64,000 nucleotides of DNA, taken from positions 9,424,001-9,488,000 of the forward strand of contig CM102285.1 in the NCBI GenBank assembly GCA_046563655.1. Direction: 5' to 3'. The stretch comes from Yuukianura sp. NJ FZ-2021 (taxonomy: Eukaryota). Each line of letters begins with the position of its first letter. Positions within the stretch are counted from its first letter, which is position 1. The translations under genes and the position numbers were made by a program. Positions 10,401 through 23,918 of the stretch are shown piece after piece. The notes below the pieces were generated by a model. It ran no database searches. It saw nothing but the letters and a program-made list of their open reading frames with translations, and was not told the origin of the DNA.

Positions 10401-13400
10401 TGCAAAGTAAAAGCAGCGAATGTACCTTTTCAAAGGAAAAAAATCCACTCTATTTTTTTGCATTGCAAATTTTGAGTCTTTCTTTTTCCACACAAATTAG
10501 AATTTTAAGCGTTACGCATTTCCATCTCCACTATGTCCGTATCCATAAGTCCATTCCGTCGATCCCTTCCCTTCCCAGCTAGAAAGCGCATAGTATGCAG
10601 ACGCATTGAGGTGAATCATATAAATCATGTACAACAGCGTCTTTGAAATTCTGGCTATAAAAGGTGAAGCTAATGATGTGTCCAGTCGAGCAAACAATTC
10701 CCAGAAAGTTGTAATCTGAAAAATATTTTTAGAAAAGTGAATTTCATTAAAAAAAAAACGAATCTCAAATAAATCCTATTCAAGACGTAAAACGAGGTCA
10801 CGATGCCTTCAAAGGTAGGATTAAGTGGGCACGGAGAGTGAAAAGTGAAAGTGTTTGTACCTTGAGTAGGCGTGGAAGGCGAAGCGAAGGGAGATTGGCG
10901 TAGAATAGAGCGGAAATGATGTCCAGTGGAAGCAATGACAGTAAATCCAACTGGAAAATGGCACAAGACAGAGGTTCATATTTTGAAAAAAAAAACGAAG
11001 AGTTCAAACATTTTGTGAAAAAAATAGAAAAGTAGGAAAATCTTTGCAATTCTCTACAATTCTTCAACTGTGTCCAAAAGTTTTCTGGACATTGACATTA
11101 AGCTTACAATAAAACCCTTTGTGTGAATGTAAATCTTCCAAGACTCTGAGACAGTTTCGATCGCAAAGCCTTCCTGGACAAAACGAACATGACTTTTAAA
11201 AAGCACTATGTCCAGGAAGTAGACAAAATCGGCAAAGCAGTCTGTCCAGAACCAAATATGTTCGTTCCAGGCATCCTGGTACTCGAACACTTCTCGGAGG
11301 GGAATGACCCAAGCATTGTACAGAAACACGGCTGAACCAATCCCGAGCCATGTGATGTATAGCGTACCTTAAAATAAATCAGAGACAATGAATTTCATAA
11401 GGTCAAAGATGCTTTTAAATTGGAATTGAGTCTCGAGTTTTAAATGAAATTCTTTTCACGTACTCTGAGGATCCAAAAGGTATTTGAGCGTAAGGAGATG
11501 ATAAAGCTTGTCCAGGAAATGTCTCCAGGAACTACGTGGATCCTCCTCATCTTGATCCCCGGACACTCTGCTTGGCCTTCTAGATACATGTGGTGTAGGC
11601 AGAAACTTTTCTAGACGATGGAGTAAATTGTTCTCTGAAACGGCTTGAGAAATATCTGTAAAATAATATTCAGTTTGCGTTTCATTTTATTTCTCATTCG
11701 TTTTCGTTAAAATCATTTAATGTGCAAGCCCTGAAAGTTGGGTTAGTTTTGATTTCATTTTCAATTAAACAAAGCAGAAAGCAACCCACGCTTTCTCTAA
11801 TGAATTGAACTACTAGTAATAAGTGATTTTTTAGCACAAATTTTCAACAAGAAATCTGGAGCCGAGAGCTGTGCCTCCTGGTTAGATTAGGCAATAGCTT
11901 AATCTACTCCTAAGCAAAAGAAAAACCGGGTTTCATTTGGAGATCATACTCCAAAAAGAGTTTAGATTAAGCTAATTTTTAGTTTAGCTTTAATCCCATT
12001 TTCGGTTCAAATACGGAGCGAGGCGGACAGTGTTCCCAATGGGAACTTGCACCTAAGGGAGACGGCTGTGAGTTCAAAACCTGCAGCAGATATAATTATT
12101 TTTTTATTTTGTCAGAACGTGCCTACTCATATAATACTGCCTTTCAGGGATGGCAGGTGACCCCAACATGTCGAAGTAAGGTCAAAGGTCAAGCCAAATT
12201 CGGTTGACTCCTCGTGACCTCAAATATTAACTGCATAAAGTGGTTTCCTTAAGAAAACACTCACAATATGCATAACACAAGACCATGCGTGACCCAGCTG
12301 AGGTCAACATGTCATTCTTAGTTTGAAGTGACCTGACCTTTGACCTTAGAGGAATGCAATTAGATCTTACATTGAATTGAACAACGAATTAAAGCTGACA
12401 AGCATTAAAACACTCACTCTAGATGTCAAGAGGGGTCATTTACAGTTGACCTGAGCTTTGACCTTGGCGAGGTCAAAGGTCAGGTCGCGGGAATATGTAT
12501 CGTACATGAGAGAGGTTATCTACTTAATCGAAACAAGTTTGTTATGTGTCATTTTTCAGGTCAAGGCCATCAAATTTGAAGCAAAACGAACTTTTTTGGC
12601 ATTAACCCAAAAGATAAAACTGCTCCGGAGTGGTTTTTGTTTCAGCATCAAAATCTGGTTAGATTAGGAAGGTGTGATCTCTGAAACTCTTAATCGGTAT
12701 TAATTTTCTGGGTGATCACATCCTAACCAGATTTTTTTGGGTTAGCTTACGATTATCTCAAGATTAGAGATAATCGGAAAAATTCCGATTAGTGGTTTCG
12801 GTGTGCTCGTCCTTTTTTCTTAATCGGGAAATAAATTCCGATTATCCAGGCACAGCTCTCGGCTCCTGAAGTTTTTTTCGGTTTTAGAGAAATTTTTAAC
12901 GAAGCCAAAATTGTATTTGTGTAATCAAGATTTTCTTGGTCCAATGTTAACCAAAAAAATTTTCGAGTGCTTCCCTTCTCCCATTTCCGTAAGAGAATTG
13001 GTTTAAGAGAACAAGAAACTGTCTTCCTGTGCCTTTTCCTTGTTATGTTTAGTTTTTGAAACATTTTATATTCGAGAAACGAAAACTCGGTACGTTCAAG
13101 TAAGCAATGTTGACAATGCAATGAGGAAAGCGTCTCCTGATAATAATTTTTCAAAATATTTTGACCTATAACCGCATTTATAATAGGTCAACTGTAGGTG
13201 TTGTGAGTTATGAATTATTCATTTCGCAAACAACGAAAAATGATACGTCCAACGCGTTTCGAAAACCAAAGAGCGAGAGAAAAGTATTGAAGCCACGGTT
13301 TACGGTTTACGGCGCAGGAAACCCATTCGTGCCGAGTAATTTGACAGAATCCCTGTGGTTTCATAAACTGAATCCGAATTGAAATGATTATGGGGACAAT

Positions 13401-14316
13401 ATAAAGGTTTAACATGGACTGTGGCGGAGGTTGTATTTCCGTAACTGTTTCTCTTTTCACGTTCTACGAGTAAGAGGATTAGGGTTACACGAGACAATAG
13501 TTAGGTTAGGTAGTAGAATTTGGTCTAATAAAAATAAAAAGTTACATTTGGTTTAAGCTACAAGAGAAATTTTCAAGGGAAAAGTAATTTTGGCTTTTGA
13601 AAAAAGAGACGAGGGAAAAGAAACGACTAATTTCAAATGCAGATTGAGACATGAGAAGCGACCAGGAAAAAGAAGAATAGTGAAAGCGTCATTGTGCTGC
13701 TACGTGCAACTGTCTCTCTCTAAAGCCTAGTATTGTAAAAGTTTATGTAACCTGAATCGGATTCTTCTGAAGACGGAGTCGGAGGTCGCAGAATTTCAGC
13801 CTTTGTTGTGCTTGTTCTTCTTGAGAAGGCACTTACGAGAGACTTGAGTCGTCCTTCAAGTTCTGCCGCCTTTTCATCATTCAACCTGTAATTTCCCTTG
13901 AACTTTTTAGTTAAGAGCAGTCTGTTTAAGTAAGTTGAGTAACGATGACTTTCACTTGACAATAAACTTGTTAAAAAAAACGCCAGAATGCAAAACAAAT
14001 CTAAATTAAAGCTACGGTTACACTTTTAATTGAATTTTTCACACCTTGCCCCTTCACTGAGTGAAGTTTGAATCACTTCATGGAACAGTGAAGGTCGTCT
14101 CTCTTGGCGTGTCGTTGGAATTGACAAGGACCGACCCGGCCAATTGGAATTGAATGTGTCTAGTGGTCCATGTGACTGAACAGTGGTTGACTCTTCACTC
14201 TTTTCTTTCTTCGTTGCACTGCCATTGTTTGTATCACGACCTGAACTTGTTTCAGATTCAAATTCAATTGAGATTGTTGGCGGAAAAGGAGGCGGTTGTT
14301 GGTCTCCTCCCTCCAT
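7429..14316 (-). CDS. CngB: cyclic nucleotide-gated cation channel beta subunit (multi-exon)
   Basis: S1 [12 protein letters not shown]4 LRLPRLLK, pore [30 protein letters not shown] (insect CNGB-type SIGKNP), C-linker and [23 protein letters not shown]...[23 protein letters not shown]. Start codon less certain. Confidence 0.93.
10024..10098 (-). ncRNA. tRNA-like sequence (pseudo-tRNA or SINE/transposon-borne), nominal anticodon GGA, in a CngB intron
   Basis: Cloverleaf GAACCGG/TCGGTTC, GCTC/GAGC, TCTTC/GAAGA, GTGGG-TTCGAGT-CCCAC. A box, B box and downstream TTATTTTTT present. Atypical: C33, enlarged D-loop, no long variable arm. Confidence 0.75.
11858..12866. mobile_element. putative non-autonomous DNA transposon/foldback element with AGGTCA-rich interior
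   Basis: Perfect 19-bp inverted repeat GGAGCCGAGAGCTGTGCCT at 11858-11876 and 12848-12866, with nested internal inverted repeats. No clear TSD. Confidence 0.55.
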
Positions 14317-16465
14317 TGAGCCAATTTCCTTACCAAAACTTTTACTACTTTCCCTATCTTTTGAGGTTTCAAATTTTTATTCCAGAGTAACTCTCAATTT
14401 AAACCAGGAATTTTAACACTTCCTAAAAAATTTATTCGTCTGCGGAAAATTGGAAAAAGTAGTTTATTGGTGTGCTAAAACTTATGAGACTTTCTCTCTC
14501 TCTTTCTCTTTAGAAACTGCCAGTCTAATTTTTCCAGTTTGCAAAAAAATCTTTTAGCCTAATCGAATCCTTGGTTGAAGGATATAAGATGTAATAGATT
14601 ATGTTTTTGTGATGACAAGATCCGTTTCTTAGCAACAGAAAGAGCTGTGCCGTGGATCAGGAACATTCTACTTGTACTTCAGATAACAATCAATTTGTCA
14701 AGACAAGTTTCATGGATAAGCATTTTCCATACCACTTTCTCTGAGCATCTACGGCATATACTTTTGCTCTTTTTTGCGCTATTGCGTCTTCCTTAGCAAT
14801 TTGGATAATCGAAATTAAGGCATCACGTCTCATGCATGTTCGTCAGTTTTTGATAGATTGAGGGATGCACTGACTTTTTACTAGACTAGAAAATTTAGGC
14901 AACATCCTATGGGAATTGCACCAACATCCTCCACTTCACCTAATATGCTTAGGTTATTCAAATTTTGTTTAAAGTTGTTCAGAACAAAATAGCAATGGTT
15001 GTTCAGCGTTGCTGCCTAAGTGAATTTCAAATTGGGAAAGCAGGTTGAAACGATGTTAAGAGCAAGGCACAGTTTGACAATGTCAGGAAACAAAGCAGTG
15101 AAAGTTGAGCTTATGGGATAATTCACGAGATAATAACCAAGTAACCAAAAAATTATAGACAGCGGCTCATATGGACGAGTGTTTTTCAAAAAAAAAAAAC
15201 GAACATTGCAAACTTTAGCCGTATGATCCTCCACGGGTATTTGGCTATGAATATTCATCTGACGTCGAGTAGGCGTTAGATTAGGTTATGATTCACAACC
15301 TAAGAGTTCCAGACGATCATGAGCGGTCACTCATGACAGTCTGGGACTCTTCACAAAGTAAAACTGAAAAACAAGAAACAATGTTCATCTAACAAATATA
15401 TGGCACTCTAATGGAAGTCTCATGGGACAGGTCCCAAAACTCAAAACTTCACTTTTGTTAAAAACGTTATGAGAAGTACAAGGAGAAGCTTTACTTTCTC
15501 TTGACATGATAAAAAGCTTCCGGCGTGCCTTAATTTCTTGTTTTCTGAAGAACCACGCTGCCATCTTCCTGTGAAATTGTCCTTTGTATGACAAGCGAGA
15601 CGAAAACTCATTAAAAATTCACGTAATTCTGGAAATGGTGAAAGCGTTTATACGACTTAATTAATGTTGCATGATGCACAAGTAGAGAAATTAAAACTAA
15701 AAATTAACTTTGTGTTTTACTTGTTTAGGTTAGAACAAAATCCTTTCAGGATTTGGATTTTGGAAAGAACTTTTCGTTTAATCTTTCCTTCGTCGAACCA
15801 CTTTGGCATGTTTTTGAAATTGCAAAGTTTCAAAGTCAAAAGGTAACGTAAAATAAATTCCGTCCTTTAATTCTACACACAGAAGTTGATCTCAAAAAAT
15901 TAGTTATAAAAGCAAGACTTGATAGTTTAAATAAAAAGTAACGCAATTGGAACTGTTTTAATGTCTAAAGACAAACATAAAACATTACTTCTTTGATTTC
16001 GATTGCTTTGACCTAGCAGTGCTCGGAAACCCAAAACCTAACTAAAATTGTATTAGGCTTTAAATTGTGGAGAAAGTTTTACTTAAAATCAAATATTTGC
16101 TTGTTAGTTTGTCAACTCTTTGTATTAGTATCCGAAGCAGATCAAAAAGGAAGGTTCAAAGGAAAACTTGTGGAAACGGAATGAACTAAATTTGGAAATA
16201 AAATTGGATATTTTCAAGTTCAGTTGTATACAAAATTACAAAGAATGTAGAATAGCCATTGACGTGTAAATGTTATGTAGGGTGGGAAGGGAAAGTCCTT
16301 ACTCAAGTGAAAGAAAGAGAAACTCTCACGTGAGTTTTAACTGCGAAGTGTGAGAGAAAAAGAACCCAAACATATTCTGTTATGTTACGGCGAAACCGAA
16401 CCGTTTTCATTAAGTAAAATTTTTTCTGAAACGTTGAATAAGAAATTTGTGCCTAAGAGTTTCTC

Positions 16466-16667
16466 TCTTTTTAGAAGGCGGATTGTTTGCGTTTATTTTT
16501 TGCACTTTCATTGTGACGCGTATGGAAAAACTCAGTTTTTCAAAAACACTTTCTCCATTAGGTTTGGGAACAAAATTTCAAAAAATTGATAATTTCTGTG
16601 TTATATAATAGTCCATAACGCGACTGAGTTTTTTTTTTTCAAATTTGAAACCCGCCTTCTAAAAAGA
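16466..16667. repeat. inverted repeat, probable MITE remnant
   Basis: 16-bp perfect IR TCTTTTTAGAAGGCGG / CCGCCTTCTAAAAAGA, plus inner AAAAACTCAGT / ACTGAGTTTTT. Confidence 0.45.
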
Positions 16668-17676
16668 AACGAAATGCTCACAGGCTTCAGTGCCTTTCCA
16701 GAATGCTCCATAGGCTAAAAACTTAGACCAGGGGTGTGTGACCTTTCCTTTTAAAAAGTCTTGAAAATGTGTGTTGAAACATCAACAAAAACGCGGACGA
16801 AGAAGAGTTTCGAAAAAAAATTGATCAGAAATTCGAGGTTGGAAACTCCAACGCCTAGTTTCAACACTTCAAATGAAAATAATTATTGTTGTGGTCTACG
16901 TTTTGTTTGTCCGAAATATCGAGTGTTCCAAATGTGTCTTTTATCTCTTTTCTCTCTGTGTAACTTTTCCATCTCATCTCTCATCTCGCGCTGTGGCGGC
17001 TCTTGGAATTTGGAGCTTACAGGTTTTGTACAGAGAAAGATGAAAGACACTTTGGAACACCTGATACGTCGAAAAGTCTCTCTGTGCTCTACCAATTTAA
17101 AAAAAAATGATTCATCTGACAGGGCCGAGCTTTCATTTGTTCAAGAGCTAAGTATCGCATTTTTTTTCTTTGAATTAAATAGTGTCTGACTTTTTATCTG
17201 AAATTCAGTCATCTTTTTATTCAATTTTTTTCTCAATCTTGTTGGATCCAATTTTTCAGAGTTAACCAGATCAAATACATTTTCGATTTAGCATTCTCCC
17301 TTGGTGTAGCCAGTGCATCTTCATCTTCCGACACTAGGATAGGAGCATGATCACGTTTCACTTTCTGTGGCACTTTCTCTTTCTACTTTCACTTAAGCAG
17401 AGGAACTCAGGCTGAAAACAACCCCTGGAATCGCCCTCCCTAGAGCATACGTCTAACACACTAAATCCACCCAAATTAAAGTTAGTCTTCGCCCATGAAC
17501 AAATAAAGCAGGAATTCCAATATAGCTCTATTTGAACGACTCGAATGTTCAAAACCCGAATTATTCACAGAACATGCACCCTCCACTCCACCACATTCAG
17601 AAGTCTGACACTTACATTCTAGGATAAGGGAAGTGACTTTGTGGTGACCTATTGTTTCTACCAAATTTAATTTTGC

Positions 17677-20600
17677 ATGATGGAGGGCAACATGACAGAG
17701 TTCGCAAACTCTAGTACTGTGGCTATGTACAACGGAACTGAAAACGGTGAGAATTTTAAAATAGCCTCAAAATTACTGGAGTTTGTCGCTCTAATGTTCT
17801 AAAATGTTGACGGCTCAATTTATTTTTTGGAACAGGGAGCAATGAAACGACGGGTGAGAGGGTATTTGACGATGATACAAATATATGGGACAAACCTTCC
17901 GTTCGGATTACTTTCGTCCTCATTCATTGCATTGTATTCTTTTTCTGCTTTCTCGGTAAGTTATTGAAAACGGAGAGACACAATTTTTGTTTACTTTACC
18001 TTACTTAACACAAGACCTTGAAAATACAAAGCCAAAATAAGTCACGTCAAGCCGACTGTGTTTACTGTTAGATTCTAGTGTACGTTCAAGGATTCCCATG
18101 TTTCTGTACAGCTTTTCTAACAAAAATGACAGAAAAAGTTCAAAATCCGAAAGACATTTTGACAAACAGCAAAAAAATAAACCTTGAGAATATACAACTT
18201 GCTATTCTCTCGAAAACATTCTATTTTGAAAGCTTCGACTTCAGCGTTTGACACACGTCTTTGAAATAGGCAGAGAAAGTATATTTGCAAACGCCCAAAG
18301 TGTCAGAGCAGAGTTCGCTTTTGGGAATTGCCTTTTCATTTCCTGTGCAGAATGAGATTTTTTGAAGAAAACATTTTTCGTTCTTCTCATACACGTAAAA
18401 TGTTTAATGTAAATACGAAATGAAAGTTGAGTGGATTTGAATGAAGTAGTTTAAAATTCATTTGATGTACTAACTCAATCTGCTCAGGGCGACCGAGAAG
18501 GATGATAGGCTAGAATGAAGATGAGAAACACAGTATCACTGTTTCCCGAGAAAGAATTCTTCATGTTGGATGAGCATTTTAATTTTTCAGGCAAGTTCAC
18601 TTGTTTGTCATTTTTGAAACAGAAACTAATTAAAGTGAAAGGAGATTATAATCAGATTACATTGGAGGAATTGCTTCCATTGTGCTTTTAACAATTTGAC
18701 TTTCACTTGCTTCTTTTTTGTTATCCTTAAGCAACAACCCTCATCTCATTCTCCTCATTTCTCTCAACTTTCTTTTCAATTTTTTATTTTCTTTTTTATA
18801 CTTTCTATTTTTTTATACTTTCTACGTTGTTCGTTTTCAACTCATTGTATATATCACTCTCCGTTTTTTCCTCTTTTTTATTACTTTTTCAGACCTGTCT
18901 CACTATTCTTTCAAAATTGTATTTTAAAAGCTGCCCTTCTCTCCTTGTCCGATCCTGAGACTTTTAGGAATCCAGGAAATCAATTTTGTTTTATTGACGG
19001 CTGGAGCAGATTTCTGTGATCCATGTGAGTCGTAAAGAAAAGCTGTGCTTGAACTAGAGAGTACTGGAATTGGTCCTCTGGTTCTGTTCTGGTCTTTTGA
19101 TTTGTCTGTCGAGGTCATGACATGATGAGGACCCGATGGATATTGGGAATTGAATTAGATTTTGTGACAGTAGTAAAAGATTGACTTCCTGAGAATGCAG
19201 TTTTAAATTGCTCATTCATATTCAAAAGACGTGCGAAAGAGGAGTTTAGCATATTTTAGGATTTTCGAGGAGAAAATAGGATTTGAATGTGAATTCTATT
19301 TTTTGGGCTGATGACAAAGGAGTTCCATTTATCAAAGTAATTCAAAAGTGTCAGAGGTATCTTGAAGGACTCTCTGTTTGAGGGCGGGAAAGCGAAAGAC
19401 TTAATGCATTGTACTTTCTCTTTGTGACAGGTAACTTTACAGTTATCCTGGTGGTGACACTGCATTGGAAAATGAGGTCCATCACAAATTTCTGTCTCGC
19501 GAATCTCGCGGTCGCGGATTTGTGCGTCGCAATTTTCTGTGTGTTTCAAAATCTCTACGCCCACATGTCAAGCACGTAAGAAATTCTATTCGACACCATT
19601 AGACACCATAAACAAGTTCAACAATTAAAAAATCTTACTTTTCCAATACATAATGAAATAGTTATGAAACAACCTGAATTCCCGTAAGAATGATTTCCTG
19701 AAGTTATACATTTTTGAAATTCTACTAACCCTACCCTAACCGTACCCTACTAAAAAATTGTATTCTTAAAATTGTAGTATTGCGTGGAAATTCCAAATTG
19801 AAATTGGGTTCTTTCACCTGCTATCAAAATATAGTTTCAAATTTCGGGTAGTATTTAAGAAAGAATTGTCACTTTTGGTTAGCATTTATAGTAAGTTGGT
19901 GCTTTTACATTACGACTTACGAATAGATAGCTTTCGTTACAAAAAACGCGAAGAAACTTCGCGTCAATTGTCACTCTTGTTTTCTAAAACTCAACTAACA
20001 TTTTCCAGTAAATGGTTTAGCGAAGCTTGGAAGCGGAGGGCTGAAAACATTTATTAGTTTTTGGGGCTGGAAAACCAAAACAAAAACAATTTTTCAATTT
20101 TACGCAACATGTTTTGAAAAATGGTTTTTTCATAACTTGTTAGTTTGCTAGTGCATACATGTCCATAGTACTTCACTTCGCGTATTTGTCTGTATCGATT
20201 TCCAGTGGAATTTCTCAATTTCATTTTCTTCTGCCACCTCTTTAGCCTCTTTCTGTCCTTCCAGTTAACGGTTATTGCCTGATTATCATAATGCCGATGT
20301 CACACTCTGGCTTTCTCTTTAGCTGGTTCAGAAAACTTAATTTTCTGGCTCATAAAACTAAGTTAGCAAGAGCCGAATCAAGCTGTTGCACCAATTTGCA
20401 CATAATGTCATCCGCCCTCGTGCCCTCTCTTTCCCATAAGTCCATAAGATTTAAGGAAATGTAAAGGAGGTAAAACATTTCCGCACTAGAAATTGAAATA
20501 TTTTTGACTATGGAGGTGGAAATGTAGGTGAAAGGAGAAAAAACCCCTAATAAATCATTCCAAGTTTTACCATAAATTCTTCCTAAGTAGTTTTGCTCCT

Positions 20601-23600
20601 TTTATCCAAAATCCAGAGCTGGTCTTTTTAGCGCTAAAAAAAAGAATAGAGTAGCGGTTTTAGGAAAAGTGCTAAAAACCCAGCTATTGATGCTAAAAAC
20701 AATGTATCCTTATGGGGATTGGGCGCGAAGTTCGCAATCGACAGAACGCAGAACGATAAGCGACATTAAATAATTAATAAGACTAATTTCATAAAGTAAT
20801 TAATTCTTACATCACAATAGTAGCTATGATAATAATTATTTCAGTCATTTACAAAATCAATTTAATCAAAACTGTTTTCTTTTTTACTGTTTTTTTTTTA
20901 TTTAAGCATTTAAAAAACTTTTTAATTTTCGCAGTGAACTTATAGCATCGCAGCCATTTTAGCTGAGCATAAATAGCAATAATCTCTCGCGCTAAAAATG
21001 CTAACGCTAAATGCGAACCAGCCCTGCCAAAATCTCATCAAGATCGTGGGATACAGGCTCCAATTTATGAAATATCTTCTTTTAGCCTTTAATGCACACC
21101 CTTTCCCCGACCCAAGATAACTTTTCATAGTAAACTTTCCATTTTTGTGATCTTTTACTACACAAAGACAAAAAAGGACCAAATTGTATGAAAGGTGAAA
21201 CGTAAAGCGGAGAAAAGAAAGTCAAAAGTTAATGGATTTTGTCCACAGGAACTTCAATTCACTCAGGTTTATGCACACTGCGAAAGTATATTTTAAGCCG
21301 AAGACTTACACAATTTTTTGTTTCATTTTTGCTATTTCTCGGGGGATGGATGAAACATAAGGGGAAACTTAAGATAGAAAAGAAATTGATTTGAATAAGG
21401 CCGAAAAAGTATTGGGAAACACACACTGGAAACGTTTTGTTTAATAAATTTTCGAGTTTATTAAAAAGTGAAAGCATGCTGCATATTAAATTCTGCAGAT
21501 TAGAAAATACGAGGGTAGAGACAAATTGAATGCATTCTCATGCTGTGTTCTCGGTCTTTGTTGTTTTTAGATGGGCCCTTGGCACAGCTATTTGCAAAAT
21601 CTACCATTTCATTAACGAGATGAGCCTCACGGCCTCTGTACTCATCTTGGTTGTGATCTCAATTGAGCGTTACTTGGCTATTATTCATCCCATGAGATGC
21701 AAGAGTTGGCTTACCCTGAACAGACTTCGGGTAAGTTGATTAAATAAGTTACTGAACGGCTCAGTACCAAAAATCATGAAAAGTCAGTCAACATGTCATT
21801 TACTGGGATAAAATGTTTTGGAATTAAAAATCCTAAGTAGATGCATAGAAGCATCAACACGAGCGTTAATAGCTCTTATGTAATGTATTAACGAGGGAAA
21901 AGAGAAAGTATTGAAAATAAGTCAGGGAAAGCATTTCACATGAAAGGTAAACACTGATTTGGGTTAAAGAAAAGTAGATCAGGAGCTTTCAAAGTACTAA
22001 AAGCACTAATGACATGGGCTGACAGGACATCATAGAAAGTAACAGTTCTTGATCATGAAAGCTTTCTTTCGAAATCCTGAATTTTGGAGAAAAGTATTTT
22101 TAGATTTCGTTGATACTCAGGATTAGAGTGTACTTTAAGTGTTCTTTTGCTGATGCTGATGATGATGTTTTTGTTCAATGTCTTGGGTTTTCCATCTTCC
22201 CTCGCACCCGGGTATGTTGAACCCCAAAGCACTTTTATAAATGAAAGTTATAAAAGATTCCTAAGATAAAAACAAAAGGGTTGAACAGAATCCTTTGAGA
22301 GGCAGTGAAAGGAAAACCGAGATCCAAAGAATCTATTGGTAGCTTTCTCCACTTTCACTTTAGGTTTCACACAGTTCCGAATTGACTTATCCTATCGCCT
22401 CGCTATTTTTTCTAGCTAACTATTGGAACTGTCTGGGGAATTAGCGTGATCTACTCCATTCCGCGTCTTTACTACACCACAGTATTTCCCAACTTTCTTC
22501 ACGGCGGAATCGTCGAGTATATCTGTGCCCCTTCGACGACACGATATAATTACAAACTCTTCGATGCAATTCACATGAGTCTTTTGTTCTTTTTTCCGTT
22601 GTTAATCATCTCTATCTTGTACACTATCATTGGAATTGCCCTCTGGAAGAGCAGTAAGAGTCAACATTTGCCAGCGACTCCAGCATCTGAGAGCAGTTCA
22701 GTCAGTGATGGAGTGGACGGAAATATTGGAGGGGGTTTGCTTGGTCCGGGAAAGCGTAGACGAGGACCTTCGTGCAAAGAAATCCTCTGTTGCTCTTTTT
22801 CTTGTTGTCGAAGGCTACGGAATGCTGGAAGGTTTTTGTTCATTTGCTTGCAGCGTCGACGAGCTTCCGCTAGTTCTGGAGGATGTAAAGAATTAAGGAA
22901 TGGGATCAGTTCAAAGAAAGGAAATACCAACGAAGCCGTTTGTGAATTCAACTCACTTCGGCCGCAACACCACTCCCCAACGAGCTCATCCTATTCACCG
23001 AACCAAAGGGAATTTGGCTCAAGCAGGATTACGAATACGCGAGAACCAATTGTCGTAATAAAATTTGAAAAGCTTAAGAAACGTAATACGTCCAAGCGAG
23101 AAGGTCGAGGAGACAAGAGAGAACGGAGTGACCTCGGGAACAGTACAACCACAACAAAGCACTGCAAAATTTTGATGAAAGTGTCGAATCCAAGTGAGTC
23201 AACCAACGTCGAAGAGATTGGAAGTGAGAGAACTGAGGTGAATTTTAATCAACGGGGCTGTTCCAGTACTACGCGTCCAGTGTCAGCATCAGAATTACGT
23301 GAAATCAAAGATTACTTAAACAAAAGTCATGTCCCATCATCCCCAACACTTCAAAGTCAAACGCCTCGAAGAGAAAATGAAGTCAAGAATGCTAATGAGC
23401 CGGTTGCTACTAAATCTTTCCCAACTGAGGCATCAACCCTATCACCACAAAATTTGCAAAAATTTTCTAGAAGAGGAGACAACCCACTTTCACCAAGAAA
23501 CCAAAATCCTCAAAGAGCTTTGCAGCCACATCGCATAAGACGGGGACGTATTCTGCGCGCTGCGAATTATGGAACCAAGGCTCTTGAAGCTCGTAGAAAA

Positions 23601-23918
23601 ATCATAAAAATGCTAATTGTAATCGTGTTAACCTTTGCCCTATGTAACCTACCGTTTCATGCTAGAAAAATTTGGCAGAATTGGTGCCCCAGCCATCAGC
23701 ATAGCGATAGCGAATTCGGGGCCATTCTTACTCAAGTGACAACGTTAATACGTTATGCTAATTCGGCTATCAATCCACTCTTGTACGCTTTCATGTCAGC
23801 AAAATTTCGGCAGAGCTTGATAGATTTTTTGTTTTGTCGACTCAGGCGACCGTTTCGTACAACTCGAAATTTTTCTGTTCGATCCACAAATGTTATTCCA
23901 CTAAGTATGGCACCGTAA
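17677..23918 (+). CDS. TrissinR: trissin receptor-like neuropeptide GPCR (exons 17677-17746, 17836-17955, 19431-19575, 21571-21730, 22416-23918)
   Basis: N-glycosylation sequons in the N-terminus. GNFTVILVVTLHWKMRSITNFCLANLAVADLCVAIFCVFQNL; TASVLILVVISIERYLAIIHP; LTFALCNLPFHARKIWQNW; NSAINPLLYAFMSAKFR. These match insect trissin receptors as I recall them. Splice phases are consistent. Confidence 0.9.
20614..21026. mobile_element. hAT-type MITE in TrissinR intron 3
   Basis: Termini CAGAGCTGGT...ACCAGCCCTG, flanked by an 8-bp TSD CCAAAATC (20606-20613, 21027-21034). Subterminal GCTAAAAA repeats. Confidence 0.85.

Noticed and set aside
13500..13512. TTAGG arthropod telomere-like repeats (also near 19730 and 28075)
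   Set aside because: Only about two units each, too short to call interstitial telomeric sequence.
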